Shown: positions 9,781 to 18,849 of the stretch, in pieces
Layout of the letters: each line of letters starts with the position of its first letter
Position numbering within the stretch: the stretch's first letter is position 1
NCBI GenBank assembly: GCA_021788015.1
Contig: JAJYLD010000003.1
Location: forward strand, 33,772 to 97,771
Direction: 5' to 3'
Source: a bacterium
GTDB lineage: Bacteria > Patescibacteriota > Patescibacteriia > Patescibacteriales > JAKAJF01
DNA: 64,000 nucleotides
The notes under the pieces: generated by a model
What the model saw: only the letters and a program-made list of their open reading frames with translations
Told to the model about the DNA's origin: nothing
Databases searched by the model: none
Position numbers and translations under genes: made by a program

Positions 9781-9789
9781 ATAGGTTAT

Positions 9790-11688
9790 TTATTTTTTCT
9801 CTTCAAATTCGCCTTCAACCGGACCTTCGTGGTCATGATTATGGTCATGATCATGCCCACCCTGTTCAGGACCGGCTTGATCTGCGCCCGGTTGTTGGTA
9901 CATCGAGGCGCCGATTCTTTGCGCGACGGTATTCAATTCGTCCAATTTCTTTTTAATTTCATCGCTATTGTCCGAATCTTTTACCGTTCTCAATTCGGCG
10001 AGCTTGTCTTCTAGTTCTCTTTTGTCTTCCGGTTTCATCTTGTCGCCCGCGTCTTTCAATAATTTCTCGGTCGAGAAAACAACAGCATCGGCCTGATTTT
10101 TCATTTCCACGGTTTCTTTTTTCTTCTTATCCTCTTCGGCGTGCATCTCCGCTTCCTTTCTCATTTTTTCAACTTCTTCTTTTGAAAGCCCGGAAGAAGC
10201 CGTGATCGTAATTTTCTGCTCTTTGCCGGTCGCTTTGTCTTTCGCGGAAACGTTCAAAATTCCGTTCGCGTCGATATCGAATTTAACTTCGATTTGCGGA
10301 ACGCCGCGCGGCGCCGGCGGAATGCCGTCTAAAATGAAGCGGCCCAAAGTCTTGTTGTCCCCCGCCATCGGACGATCGCCTTGCAAAACATGAATGTCAA
10401 CGCTCGGCTGATTGTCGGCCGCAGTTGAGAAAACTTGCGATTTCGAAGTCGGGATGGTCGTATTTCTTTCGATAATCGGAGTCATAACTCCGCCCAAAGT
10501 TTCGATTCCCAAAGTCAAAGGAGTAACATCTAGCAAAAGTACGTCGCGCACTTCTCCCTGTAAAACTCCGGCTTGAACCGCCGCGCCCATGGCCACGACT
10601 TCGTCCGGATTAACGCTTAGGTTCGGTTCCTTCCCGAAAAATTCTTTCACTCTTTTCTGAACCAAAGGCATGCGAGTCATGCCGCCGACCATGACGACTT
10701 CGTTGATGTCGTTCACGGAAAAACCGGCGTCCTGCAAAGCCTTTTTACAAGGCTCGATTGTGCGTTCGACCAAATCGGAAACCAATTCTTCGAGTTTGGC
10801 CCGAGACATTTTCATGACCAAATGCTTCGGACCGGTCGCGTCGGAAGTTATGAACGGCTGATTGATTTCCGTTTCCATGGCCGAAGAGAGTTCAATTTTC
10901 GCCTTTTCCGCCGCTTCCTTGATTCTTTGTAAAGCCAGATTGTCTTTGCCCAAATCAATGCCCTGATCTTTTTTGAATTCATCGATAATCCAATTTACGA
11001 TTCTTTGATCGAAGTCTTCGCCGCCGAGATGAGTATCGCCGTTGGTTGATTTCACCTCTACCGTATCTTCGGAAATGTCCAAAATCGAAATATCGAATGT
11101 GCCGCCGCCCAAATCGTAAACCGCAATCTGCTGGCCCTTCTTTTTATCAAAACCGTAAGCGAGCGCGGCCGCGGTCGGTTCATTGATAATGCGTTTTACG
11201 TCGAGACCGGCAATTTTGCCCGCGTCTTTTGTCGCCTGTCTTTGCGAATCGTCGAAATAGGCGGGAACGGTAATCACCGCCTCGGTAATTTTTTCACCCA
11301 AGCGCGCTTCCGCGTCCGCTTTCAATTTCGCTAAAATCATCGCGGAAACCTCTTGCGGCGTGTATTCCTTATCGCCCATTTTCACTTTCACTCCTTCGCC
11401 CGCCTGGACGATTTTATAAGGCACGAGCTCTATATCTTTTTGCACTTCTTTGTCATCATATCTTCGCCCGATTAAACGTTTAACCGCATAAATCGTATTT
11501 TCCGGGTTGATGACGGCCTGGCGTCTTGCCGGAAGGCCGACCAATCTTTCGCCGTTTTTGGAAATGGCGACAACAGACGGAGTGGTTCTCGCCCCTTCCG
11601 CGTTCTCGATAATTTTCGGCTGGCCGCCCTCCATGATGGCCATCGCGCTGAATGTTGTTCCTAAATCAATTCCTAAAATTTTTGCCAT
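9790..11688 (-). CDS. dnaK: molecular chaperone DnaK (Hsp70)
   Basis: [17 protein letters not shown], full Hsp70 architecture; His/Asp-rich tail HDHDHNHDH. Confidence 0.98.
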   Translation of the reverse strand: MAKILGIDLGTTFSAMAIMEGGQPKIIENAEGARTTPSVVAISKNGERLVGLPARRQAVINPENTIYAVKRLIGRRYDDKEVQKDIELVPYKIVQAGEGVKVKMGDKEYTPQEVSAMILAKLKADAEARLGEKITEAVITVPAYFDDSQRQATKDAGKIAGLDVKRIINEPTAAALAYGFDKKKGQQIAVYDLGGGTFDISILDISEDTVEVKSTNGDTHLGGEDFDQRIVNWIIDEFKKDQGIDLGKDNLALQRIKEAAEKAKIELSSAMETEINQPFITSDATGPKHLVMKMSRAKLEELVSDLVERTIEPCKKALQDAGFSVNDINEVVMVGGMTRMPLVQKRVKEFFGKEPNLSVNPDEVVAMGAAVQAGVLQGEVRDVLLLDVTPLTLGIETLGGVMTPIIERNTTIPTSKSQVFSTAADNQPSVDIHVLQGDRPMAGDNKTLGRFILDGIPPAPRGVPQIEVKFDIDANGILNVSAKDKATGKEQKITITASSGLSKEEVEKMRKEAEMHAEEDKKKKETVEMKNQADAVVFSTEKLLKDAGDKMKPEDKRELEDKLAELRTVKDSDNSDEIKKKLDELNTVAQRIGASMYQQPGADQAGPEQGGHDHDHNHDHEGPVEGEFEEKK

Positions 11689-11766
11689 AGTATTTTTATT
11701 CTCATAACTCGCAACGCATAATGCGTAACGGGTTATTTTATTTTAATTATTTAATGATTTATTTTA

Positions 11767-11791
11767 CCGTCATTCCCGAAAGCGGGAATCC
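11767..11791. repeat. solo hairpin repeat (GTCATTCCCG..CGGGAATCC variant)
   Basis: ccgtcattcccgaaagcgggaatcc. Confidence 0.7.
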
Positions 11792-11804
11792 AGAAAAATT
11801 AATT

Positions 11805-11969
11805 TTATTTTTCAATTTTTTTTAAAATATTATTTTTAAATTCTTCCACTTTTTCTTTATCCTCTATGACTTCGCCGTTATACAATTTATTTAAAAGAAG
11901 AATTACGCCGCATTTTTCACATTCGCCCCAATTGCATCCCTTTTGCTTTTTATAAAGTTCTCGGCACAT
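11805..11969 (-). CDS. possible small Cys-rich protein (54 aa)
   Basis: hand-translated MCRELYKKQKGCNWGECEKCGV...; four Cys; no RBS seen; low confidence. Confidence 0.3.
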   Translation of the reverse strand: MCRELYKKQKGCNWGECEKCGVILLLNKLYNGEVIEDKEKVEEFKNNILKKIEK

Positions 11970-12010
11970 TTCAATTTCTTTTTCAAATATTTCTTTTTAC
12001 ATATTCATAT

Positions 12011-12457
12011 TTAAATTTTATTTCCAAATTTATCTCGGTCATTAACCCAATCGTATCTTTCAACAAATCTTAAATAGAAACCAAACGGGTCAACCATTCT
12101 AAAGTCTTTTTTCTCATATTTATCATTTAATTCTTTTACGATTTTATTTTCGTGCAACTTACTTATTTCTTTGTAAAAATTTTCTATGCCATCAATCGGT
12201 AAAATTATTTCGACTCCGTAGCCTCTTTGTGTATTTTTATCAAAACTCCTAAAAAAAGAATGCTCATAAACCGTTTCGTCTCCGCAATAAAAATTTAAAA
12301 TGCTTTCCCCTTTTCTCATAACCATATACCCTTTCTTTTTTGAATCCGCTTCTTTTTCCCAAACGACTTCGAAACCGATAGACCCGTAAAAATCCTTAGC
12401 CATTTTAAAACTTGGAACGTGTAATTCTAAAAGAATATCGGATTTTAACATAAACAA
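12011..12457 (-). CDS. VOC (glyoxalase/bleomycin-resistance) family protein
   Basis: beta-alpha-beta-beta-beta pattern, FYGSIGFEVV ... FRMVDPFGFYLRF. Confidence 0.7.
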   Translation of the reverse strand: MFMLKSDILLELHVPSFKMAKDFYGSIGFEVVWEKEADSKKKGYMVMRKGESILNFYCGDETVYEHSFFRSFDKNTQRGYGVEIILPIDGIENFYKEISKLHENKIVKELNDKYEKKDFRMVDPFGFYLRFVERYDWVNDRDKFGNKI

Positions 12458-12492
12458 AAAATAATTTTTAATTTTGAACCGTAATTCTTCTC

Positions 12493-12712
12493 TGTCATCC
12501 CGGCCTCCGAGCCGGGATCCAGGAAAAATGTTATGCTGGGGCGTAGCGATAACATCTCGTTTTTTCTGTATACACGAGATCCTGTCGGTTCATTCCACTT
12601 CCCTCCAGGATGACATCCCCTTTATTCAGTATCCCTACGGATTTATCCTGGATTGCGGTTCACCTGCCCGAAATGCTTCGCAATCGAAGCAGGCGGGAGC
12701 CCGCAATGACAA
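12493..12712. mobile_element. MITE-like composite repeat, copy A (220 bp)
   Basis: starts tgtcatcccggcc..ccgggatcc hairpin, ends with 35-mer cctgcccgaaatgcttcgcaatcgaagcaggcggg and gcaatgacaa; ORFs 12474..12719 and 12610..12807 are its translations. Confidence 0.6.
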
Positions 12713-12719
12713 TGTATAA

Positions 12720-13295
12720 TTATTTTGCAAACGGATTTTCCATTTCAAATTTTATTTCCGGAGTGCTGTTCACCACGCTTTTCGGAATTCCGTATTTTTT
12801 TGCATAAATCACATCAGCAGAACAAAACAAAGCTTCGCTATAATCAAATCCCAATTTCTTGCTTACATTTTTTACCTCTTCTTCCGACTTCCCTTCTATC
12901 TCGACAAACGGTTCAAGAAACGGCCATTCATCAATCATAATTTCCACGCCGTCCAATGCCCAAATTTCCCTTTTTGTTTCCTGATACGATTTTCCTTCGC
13001 AACCCAACAGGTTTAAAATTTCCACTCCTTTTTGAAAATCGTCGATTACCAAGTTAATCTCTTTCTGGTCTTCAATTTTGTCTCCCTCAAAAATTTTCAA
13101 GGTCATGGTAATTTTATCTCCTTCGTCGCGAACTCGAATGAATCGGTCTTCCTTATCATCATGGTTGGGAAAATAAAATGGAATTCTCTTTTGCATGAAT
13201 TCCGGCCTCACCAATTTTGCGCCAATCTCTTTCAATTTTTCGCTCATTTCATCTCTGTTTATGTTTAAATATGTGGCTTCGTATTCGACTTGCAT
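12720..13295 (-). CDS. CYTH domain protein
   Basis: N-terminal VEYEATYL, RVRDEGDKITMTLK, FVEIEG strands typical of CYTH/triphosphate tunnel enzymes. Confidence 0.7.
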   Translation of the reverse strand: MQVEYEATYLNINRDEMSEKLKEIGAKLVRPEFMQKRIPFYFPNHDDKEDRFIRVRDEGDKITMTLKIFEGDKIEDQKEINLVIDDFQKGVEILNLLGCEGKSYQETKREIWALDGVEIMIDEWPFLEPFVEIEGKSEEEVKNVSKKLGFDYSEALFCSADVIYAKKYGIPKSVVNSTPEIKFEMENPFAK

Positions 13296-13304
13296 TTTAT
13301 TTTG

Positions 13305-13389
13305 TCCCTCTTTGAAGGGAGAATAAGAGGGTTAAATTCTTTTTAAATTTTGTTTTTTAACCTCTCTAACTCTCCTTTGGAAGGAGGGC
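13305..13389. repeat. G+C-rich palindromic repeat units
   Basis: tccctctttgaagggaga...agagggt and cctctctaactctcctttggaaggagggc. Confidence 0.6.
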
Positions 13390-13422
13390 ATTCTTACTGC
13401 CTACTTCCTACTTCCTAATTAC

Positions 13423-13833
13423 CTATTTCTTTGTTTCCACTTTAATTTTCTTCGGTTTCGCTTCTTCCGCTTTCGGAATGGAAATTTTTAAAATTCCGCC
13501 TTCCGCGATCGCGCTCGCTTTGTCGCTTTGAACATGCGAAGGAAGTTGGACGCTTCGATAAAAACTGCCGCGGCGAATTTCCTTGCGGTAATAATTTTTA
13601 TCTTCGACTTCGCTTTTCTTTTCGCTTTCGCCCTTGATTGTTAAAATATCGTTTTCAATCGAGATGTCCACCTTTTCCGGATCGATGCCCGCTAACTGCG
13701 TTTCGACGATGACATTGTCCTTGTCTTCATACATATCGATCGCCGGAACAAATCTCTGCCCGCGCACGGCCGGCAAAAATTCGTCAAACATTTTATCCAT
13801 CTCTTCAAATGGTTCCCATTTAATGATTGGCAT
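13423..13833 (-). CDS. Hsp20/alpha-crystallin small heat-shock protein
   Basis: alpha-crystallin domain PAIDMYEDKDNVIVETQLAGI...GSFYRSVQLP...GILKISIPK. Confidence 0.92.
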   Translation of the reverse strand: MPIIKWEPFEEMDKMFDEFLPAVRGQRFVPAIDMYEDKDNVIVETQLAGIDPEKVDISIENDILTIKGESEKKSEVEDKNYYRKEIRRGSFYRSVQLPSHVQSDKASAIAEGGILKISIPKAEEAKPKKIKVETKK

Positions 13834-13944
13834 ATTTTTTATTTATTCCATCTGCTTTCAGTAAAGAAAAGGCAGTCTGGAATTCTTAATTATTGAATTA
13901 TGAATCATGAATTATGAATTAAATTTTCCTTAATTCATAATTCC

Positions 13945-14799
13945 TTATTCATGCTTCCATTCAAACACCGCCACTCTCGCCGCTTTGATAACTTTACCCT
14001 GCAGTTTGTAGCCGGAAGAAATTTCTTTCGCTACAACATGGTCCAGGTTTTCGTCATCGGTTTCTTCCGTTGCAACAGCTTCCATGATATTATGATCGAA
14101 TGTTTCGCCGACGGTTTTGATTTCTTCGATGCCGAAACTTTTCAAAACTTCCCCGAACTGCTTTACAACATATTTGATACCGTCGAGCCAGCTGTTCGTT
14201 TCCTCTCCGGCATGCACCAAAGACGTTTTTAAATTGTCGTAAACGGGAATGAATTCCACAATCATTCTTTCGTTTGCGTATTTTGCGAATTCATCTTTTT
14301 CTCGCGCCGTTTGCTTTAATAAATTATGATAATCGGCCAGTGCGCGTTTGTATTTTTCTTCACAATCTCCTTTATCCCTTTCTTTGATAAAGTTCTCCAC
14401 TGTAACTTTTGTAAAAGGGTTCAAGTTTAATTTTTCCAAAGCTTCTTTCGGATCAGTCCAGACAAATTCGATATTTTCATCGCTTTTTTGCGCCTCACCG
14501 CTCTTTAATTTTGCTTTAAACTCTAAAAAGACAAAATGTGTTTTGTTTATAAATTCTTTTGGAAAAATGGCATTTTGATATCCCAAAAATTCAAGGTTTC
14601 CGATTTCCAGTCCGGTTTCTTCTTTGACTTCTCTGATTGCAGTTTCTTCCGCGCTTTCGCCGATTTCAATGTGACCCCCGGGCAAATTGTACACTTCTCC
14701 ATCTTTCCATCTCGGACTTTTTGTTAAAAGAACCTCGCCTCTATCATTACAAACAATAACGCCAACTGCCGGTTCCGGATATTTTTTTTCTTGTTCCAT
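13945..14799 (-). CDS. grpE: Nudix hydrolase domain fused to nucleotide exchange factor GrpE
   Basis: residues 1-140 carry Nudix box GGHIEIGESAEETAIREVKEETGL; residues ~145-284 are GrpE (YKRALADYHNL...FDHNIMEAV...GYKLQGKVIKAARVAV); one uninterrupted ORF. Confidence 0.85.
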   Translation of the reverse strand: MEQEKKYPEPAVGVIVCNDRGEVLLTKSPRWKDGEVYNLPGGHIEIGESAEETAIREVKEETGLEIGNLEFLGYQNAIFPKEFINKTHFVFLEFKAKLKSGEAQKSDENIEFVWTDPKEALEKLNLNPFTKVTVENFIKERDKGDCEEKYKRALADYHNLLKQTAREKDEFAKYANERMIVEFIPVYDNLKTSLVHAGEETNSWLDGIKYVVKQFGEVLKSFGIEEIKTVGETFDHNIMEAVATEETDDENLDHVVAKEISSGYKLQGKVIKAARVAVFEWKHE

Positions 14800-14802
14800 A
14801 TT

Positions 14803-15498
14803 TTATTTAAATAATTTTGTTATTTCTTCGGTCAGGTATTTTACCAAAGCCGCATTTTTTTCATAATTCATGCGCATCGGCCCCAAAATTCCGAATAATC
14901 CGATTTGGCCTTCGACTTTGTATTTCGCCGTTATCGCGCCGCAGTAGCGGCTAAACGGATTTTCCGAGCCGAGCATGATCTGCACTCCGAAACCGAGCTT
15001 GTCGAAATTTTTCTCGATAATTTCATCCATTCTGTCGATGATTCCGGAAATATCGTAAATCAAACCGTTCTGCGCGAATTCGGGCTGGGCGAGTAAATTG
15101 GAAATGCCCGTGTAATAAAGATCATGCTTATGAAACGCCCAGAAGACGGCGCTTTCGGACATCTTTGCGATCGTTTTGGCCGCTTGTTTGTATCCGAGTT
15201 CATTTTTTTTCTTGAGCATGGATTTTATTTCTTCCGTTTCGCTTCCATCCAATTTTTTCTCAGTGATATTTTCAATATAAAACCGGAAAGCTTTTTCCGT
15301 CGGGATTCTCCCAGCGGATGTATAAGGCTGTTTTATATAACCTCTTTCTTCAAGTTCGGCCATTTCGTTTCGGACCGTCGCCGGGGAAATTTTCAATTTA
15401 TATTTATCAACCAAAACACCGGACCCGACCGGCGCGCCCGTTTTTATGTGTTCTTTTAGGATAATTTTTAAAATTTGTTCTTTGCGTTTATCCAGCAT
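14803..15498 (-). CDS. hrcA: heat-inducible transcription repressor HrcA (short, 231 aa)
   Basis: N-terminal wHTH KEHIKTGAPVGSGVL...SPATVRNEMAELEERGYI..PYTSAGRIPT; CIRCE upstream. Confidence 0.9.
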   Translation of the reverse strand: MLDKRKEQILKIILKEHIKTGAPVGSGVLVDKYKLKISPATVRNEMAELEERGYIKQPYTSAGRIPTEKAFRFYIENITEKKLDGSETEEIKSMLKKKNELGYKQAAKTIAKMSESAVFWAFHKHDLYYTGISNLLAQPEFAQNGLIYDISGIIDRMDEIIEKNFDKLGFGVQIMLGSENPFSRYCGAITAKYKVEGQIGLFGILGPMRMNYEKNAALVKYLTEEITKLFK

Positions 15499-15504
15499 AT
15501 TTAC

Positions 15505-15533
15505 ATTTTATAAAAATTAGCACTCTCTGTCAA
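15505..15533 (-). promoter_or_regulatory. hrcA promoter TTGACA-17-TAAAAT, -10 ends 6 nt before ATG
   Basis: reverse complement 15528-15533 = TTGACA (inside CIRCE spacer), 15505-15510 = TAAAAT, ATG at 15498. Confidence 0.55.
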
Positions 15534-15543
15534 GGAGTGCTAA
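15517..15543 (-). promoter_or_regulatory. CIRCE operator (HrcA binding site)
   Basis: TTAGCACTC-tctgtcaag-GAGTGCTAA, perfect match to TTAGCACTC-N9-GAGTGCTAA. Confidence 0.92.
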
Positions 15544-15544
15544 A

Positions 15545-15594
15545 ATGTCATCCTGGAGCTCTATCGCTTCGCTACGCTCCGTTCCAGAATGACG
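15545..15594. repeat. TGTCATCCTGGAGC...GAATGAC hairpin repeat
   Basis: atgtcatcctggagctctatcgcttcgctacgctccgttccagaatgacga; 28 nt below purA stop. Confidence 0.7.
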
Positions 15595-15621
15595 ATAAAA
15601 AAACCGCCTAAAATTAAGCGG

Positions 15622-17115
15622 TTATAATACTATTGTTTCCTCCCTATCGGGACCGACGGAAAGAATCCGCGGGACTATGCCTGTTTCTTTTTTGACATAA
15701 TCCAGGATTTCTTTCAGCCTGTCCGGTAAACCCTCCAGGGTTTTTGCTCCTCTGATATCCTGTTGCCACCCCCCGAACTCTGTATAAATGGGGCGGCAGA
15801 ACTGCAAGACCTCGGTCTGCGGAATGGCCGTTTCAAAAACATCCCCGGTCTTGATGGTTTTTTCTCCGAGGCGGTAATCCGGCCCCTCGTACCGATACGC
15901 ACGGCATAGCTTGATGCGTTCGCATCCGCTAAGCACATCGAGCTTGGTCAGGATTACGTCCGGACCGTTTATGCCGATGGCGTAGCGGAGCAAGGGTAAA
16001 TCTAGCCATCCCGTTCTCCGCGGCCGGCCGGTCGTGGCGCCGTATTCGTTTCCCGCGATTCTTATGGCAATGCCCTGGTGAAATTCATCGCGGTCATTAA
16101 CGGTTACCGGCAAGGAATTTTCAAAATTTCTGTTGCCGTCGCCGTTGCACCATTCCTCGGATTTCGCTCCACCCATCTCAGTCGGGAAAGGCCCGCCGCC
16201 GACTCTGGTCATGTAAAAAGCTTTCACAATGCCCAAGGTGAGATCGACCTGCTTTTCGCTCAGGCCGACTCCTTTGGCGAGTCCGCGGACCGACGGGTCT
16301 GAAGACGTGACGTACGGAAAGGATCCGTAATCGATGCTCAGGAGCAAACCTTGCGCGCCTTCGAGCAAAATCCTCTTTTTGCCCGCTGACCTTTGCATGA
16401 ACTCGTCCGTATCGCGGATCATGCCCTCGAGCTCCTTGCCGTACACGTTGCAGTATTTTTCCACGATGGCGTCAACATCGATGATATCGGCCGGATCGTA
16501 GTAAATACCATTTTCGAGGTGCTCGTGGGACATAATCTTTTCGACCAGTTCGGGGTCATAGGTCTTCAGTATCCTGACTTTCTCGCGCAGGTTGCGCTCG
16601 AGCTTTTTCACGAAGACATCCTTATTCAGGAGGTCGTTCATGATCAGTCCGGTTCTGGCGTAATGATCAGTATAGCACGGTCCGATTCCGCGGCCGGTCG
16701 TCCCGATCTTGACCCTGCCCGAGTCGCTCTCTTTGATCCTGTCCAGTAAAAGGTGCTGAGGCAGGACGAGTTTGGCGTTGAGCGCGATCATGAGATGATC
16801 GTAGCGCAAACCGTTTTCTCGGAGTTGCGCCAGCTCTTCGCAAAGTATCCTCGGATCCAGCACGGTACCACTTCCGATGACATTGATCTTCCCGTTTTTG
16901 TCGTGAAGGATGCCGGACGGAATCAAATGGGAAATGAATTCTATATTTCCGGTTTTGACCGTATGGCCGGCGTTTGCACCTCCCGTGCCCCTGGCAACTA
17001 CGTCCGCCCATGACGCGAAATAATCGATGAATTTCCCCTTGCCCGTGTCGCCCCACTGATTGCAGACTACGGCGAGGATCCATGCTACCTTGTTTAAGAG
17101 TTTTTCCAAGTTCAT
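15622..17115 (-). CDS. purA: adenylosuccinate synthetase (long form, 497 aa)
   Basis: QWGDTGKGKFID P-loop, GGANAGHTV, TTGRPRRTGWLD motifs. Confidence 0.92.
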   Translation of the reverse strand: MNLEKLLNKVAWILAVVCNQWGDTGKGKFIDYFASWADVVARGTGGANAGHTVKTGNIEFISHLIPSGILHDKNGKINVIGSGTVLDPRILCEELAQLRENGLRYDHLMIALNAKLVLPQHLLLDRIKESDSGRVKIGTTGRGIGPCYTDHYARTGLIMNDLLNKDVFVKKLERNLREKVRILKTYDPELVEKIMSHEHLENGIYYDPADIIDVDAIVEKYCNVYGKELEGMIRDTDEFMQRSAGKKRILLEGAQGLLLSIDYGSFPYVTSSDPSVRGLAKGVGLSEKQVDLTLGIVKAFYMTRVGGGPFPTEMGGAKSEEWCNGDGNRNFENSLPVTVNDRDEFHQGIAIRIAGNEYGATTGRPRRTGWLDLPLLRYAIGINGPDVILTKLDVLSGCERIKLCRAYRYEGPDYRLGEKTIKTGDVFETAIPQTEVLQFCRPIYTEFGGWQQDIRGAKTLEGLPDRLKEILDYVKKETGIVPRILSVGPDREETIVL

Positions 17116-17116
17116 A

Positions 17117-18655
17117 TTACACCCTTCCTGTTTCGTTATAGTTCGGAGCTTTTTGTGTTATCACTATATCGTGCGGATGCGACTCCCTCTGCCCGGCGCT
17201 GTCGATACGGTCGAAATCGGCCTTCCTCTCTAAATCAGGAATGTCTTTGGCGCCGAGATACCCCATTCCGCTTCTTAACCCGCCGATTAGCTGGTAGACG
17301 ATAATGGAGACAGGACCCTTATAAGGGACAACAGCTTCGACACCCTCAGGCACCAGTTTTTCTTTCGACCCATCGCCCTGAGAATATCTTTCTCTCGACG
17401 CTTTATTAGTTTCCATTGCGCCAAGAGACCCCATCCCTCTGTAGCTCTTTACGGGCATCCCGTTTTTGATAAGCACCTCGCCGGGAGCTTCGTCCGTGCC
17501 GGCAAGCAAATTGCCGAGTATCACTGTGGAAGCGCCTGCCCCGATGGCAATCGGGATATCTCCCGAATAGGTAATCCCGCCGTCTGCTATTATCGGTATT
17601 CCGGATCCTCTTATTTTTTTCTCGCAATCATAAATTGCGGTAACCTGGGGCCGGCCAACGCCCGCTACTACCCTGGTAGTGCAAATTGAACCGGGTCCCT
17701 GACCGACTTTGATGGCATCAGCGCCGGCCTTAGCCAGTCTTAAAGCCGATGCCCCTATTGAGACGTTGCCGGCAACTACATCGATATGTGGATGGGCCTT
17801 CTTACAGGCCTTCACAGTTTCGATTACGTCCTTGCTGTCCCCATGGGCGGTATCGATTACGACAACGTCCACACCTTTTGGCGCCAACAACTCCATCCTT
17901 CTCATCGCGTCTTCGCCCACTCCTATGGCCGCTCCTACTACGAGACTGCCATTTTTATCAAGACTGTATTCGTCCGTGTTGCCCATTATAACCCGCTTCA
18001 CGTCCGGTAGGGTGTAAAGTCCGACAAGTTTGCCTTCGCTATCCAAGATGGGCAGGATCTTTTTCCTGCTCCTGCTCATAATTTCGAAGGCGGCCTTTGC
18101 CGATATTCCTTCCTTCCCTGTCACGAGCTCTTTGGACATGATCTTATTTACTGCGAGGTCATGATTTATGCAGAAGTCGAAATCATTGCGGGTAAGTATG
18201 CCCACAAGCTTTTCATTGTCATCCCTGACCGGGAAACTATGAAACTGGTATTTCTTTTCCTCGATCGTTTTTAATACATCCTTGACCTTGCTATTTGCAT
18301 TCACGCAAATCGGTTTTTTGATCGGACGGCCTGTCAGGTAGAACTTCACCTTGGCGACAGCCGATGCCTGCTCGCTCGGCGTCATGTTACGATGAATTAT
18401 ACCCAACCCGCCGAGTTTCGCCATAGCGATTGCCATATCCGCTCCGGTCACCGTATCCATCGGAGAACTCACTATAGGAATATTGAGACAGATGTTGCGT
18501 GAGAAACAAGTCCTAAGGATTACCTCGGCCGGTTTGACTTCGGTATACATCGTCTTTAGACGGACATTGCCGTACGCAAGCGCAAGTCCATGCTTGTCCA
18601 TCTTTGCGAAAAATCCATCTCTCTTTCTTTTGATTCCTGTGCTTTCCTTTGCCAT
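17117..18655 (-). CDS. guaB: IMP dehydrogenase
   Basis: IPIVSSPMDTV, tandem CBS insert, catalytic GIGPGSICTTR-like GQGPGSICTTRVV loop. Confidence 0.95.
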   Translation of the reverse strand: MAKESTGIKRKRDGFFAKMDKHGLALAYGNVRLKTMYTEVKPAEVILRTCFSRNICLNIPIVSSPMDTVTGADMAIAMAKLGGLGIIHRNMTPSEQASAVAKVKFYLTGRPIKKPICVNANSKVKDVLKTIEEKKYQFHSFPVRDDNEKLVGILTRNDFDFCINHDLAVNKIMSKELVTGKEGISAKAAFEIMSRSRKKILPILDSEGKLVGLYTLPDVKRVIMGNTDEYSLDKNGSLVVGAAIGVGEDAMRRMELLAPKGVDVVVIDTAHGDSKDVIETVKACKKAHPHIDVVAGNVSIGASALRLAKAGADAIKVGQGPGSICTTRVVAGVGRPQVTAIYDCEKKIRGSGIPIIADGGITYSGDIPIAIGAGASTVILGNLLAGTDEAPGEVLIKNGMPVKSYRGMGSLGAMETNKASRERYSQGDGSKEKLVPEGVEAVVPYKGPVSIIVYQLIGGLRSGMGYLGAKDIPDLERKADFDRIDSAGQRESHPHDIVITQKAPNYNETGRV

Positions 18656-18776
18656 TCGATTACCTCCATCAAGGTATTTATCATTTATACAAAATCCCTT
18701 AACCCTTTATCTAAATTTGATTTTTCAATGAACAAAATCCCCTTACCTTAACACGAAAAAAAGAGGATTGTCAAAT

Positions 18777-18849
18777 GGGTCTTGGGCCGAATACGCTTTC
18801 GTTACGAAATTTTAAAATTGCAGTAGAAATGGGATTCGGCTCAAGACCC
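18777..18849 (-). promoter_or_regulatory. long hairpin in guaB-purA leader
   Basis: gggtcttgggccgaat (18777-18792) pairs with attcggctcaagaccc (18834-18849), 15/16 bp, 41-nt loop; TGtTATAAT extended -10 upstream on minus strand. Confidence 0.45.

Noticed and set aside
12474-12807. ORFs 12474..12719 and 12610..12807 on the + strand
   Set aside because: Both are translations of MITE-like copy A and its flank. The same peptide-like strings recur wherever the repeat occurs (26275..26457, 26386..26571, 31552..31764).
15600-18700. Impression that guaB-purA is a G+C-rich horizontally acquired island
   Set aside because: Hand counts of individual 60-nt lines gave 45-65 percent G+C in these genes. 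Lines in secA gave a similar 62 percent. Conserved housekeeping genes in this genome are generally G+C-richer than accessory genes, so there is no specific anomaly.
18777-18849. Guanine/adenine riboswitch in the guaB leader
   Set aside because: Only a UUUCUAC-like string is present. The conserved three-way junction and the P2/P3 loop-loop motifs of the purine riboswitch could not be found. The region is kept only as an unclassified structured leader.
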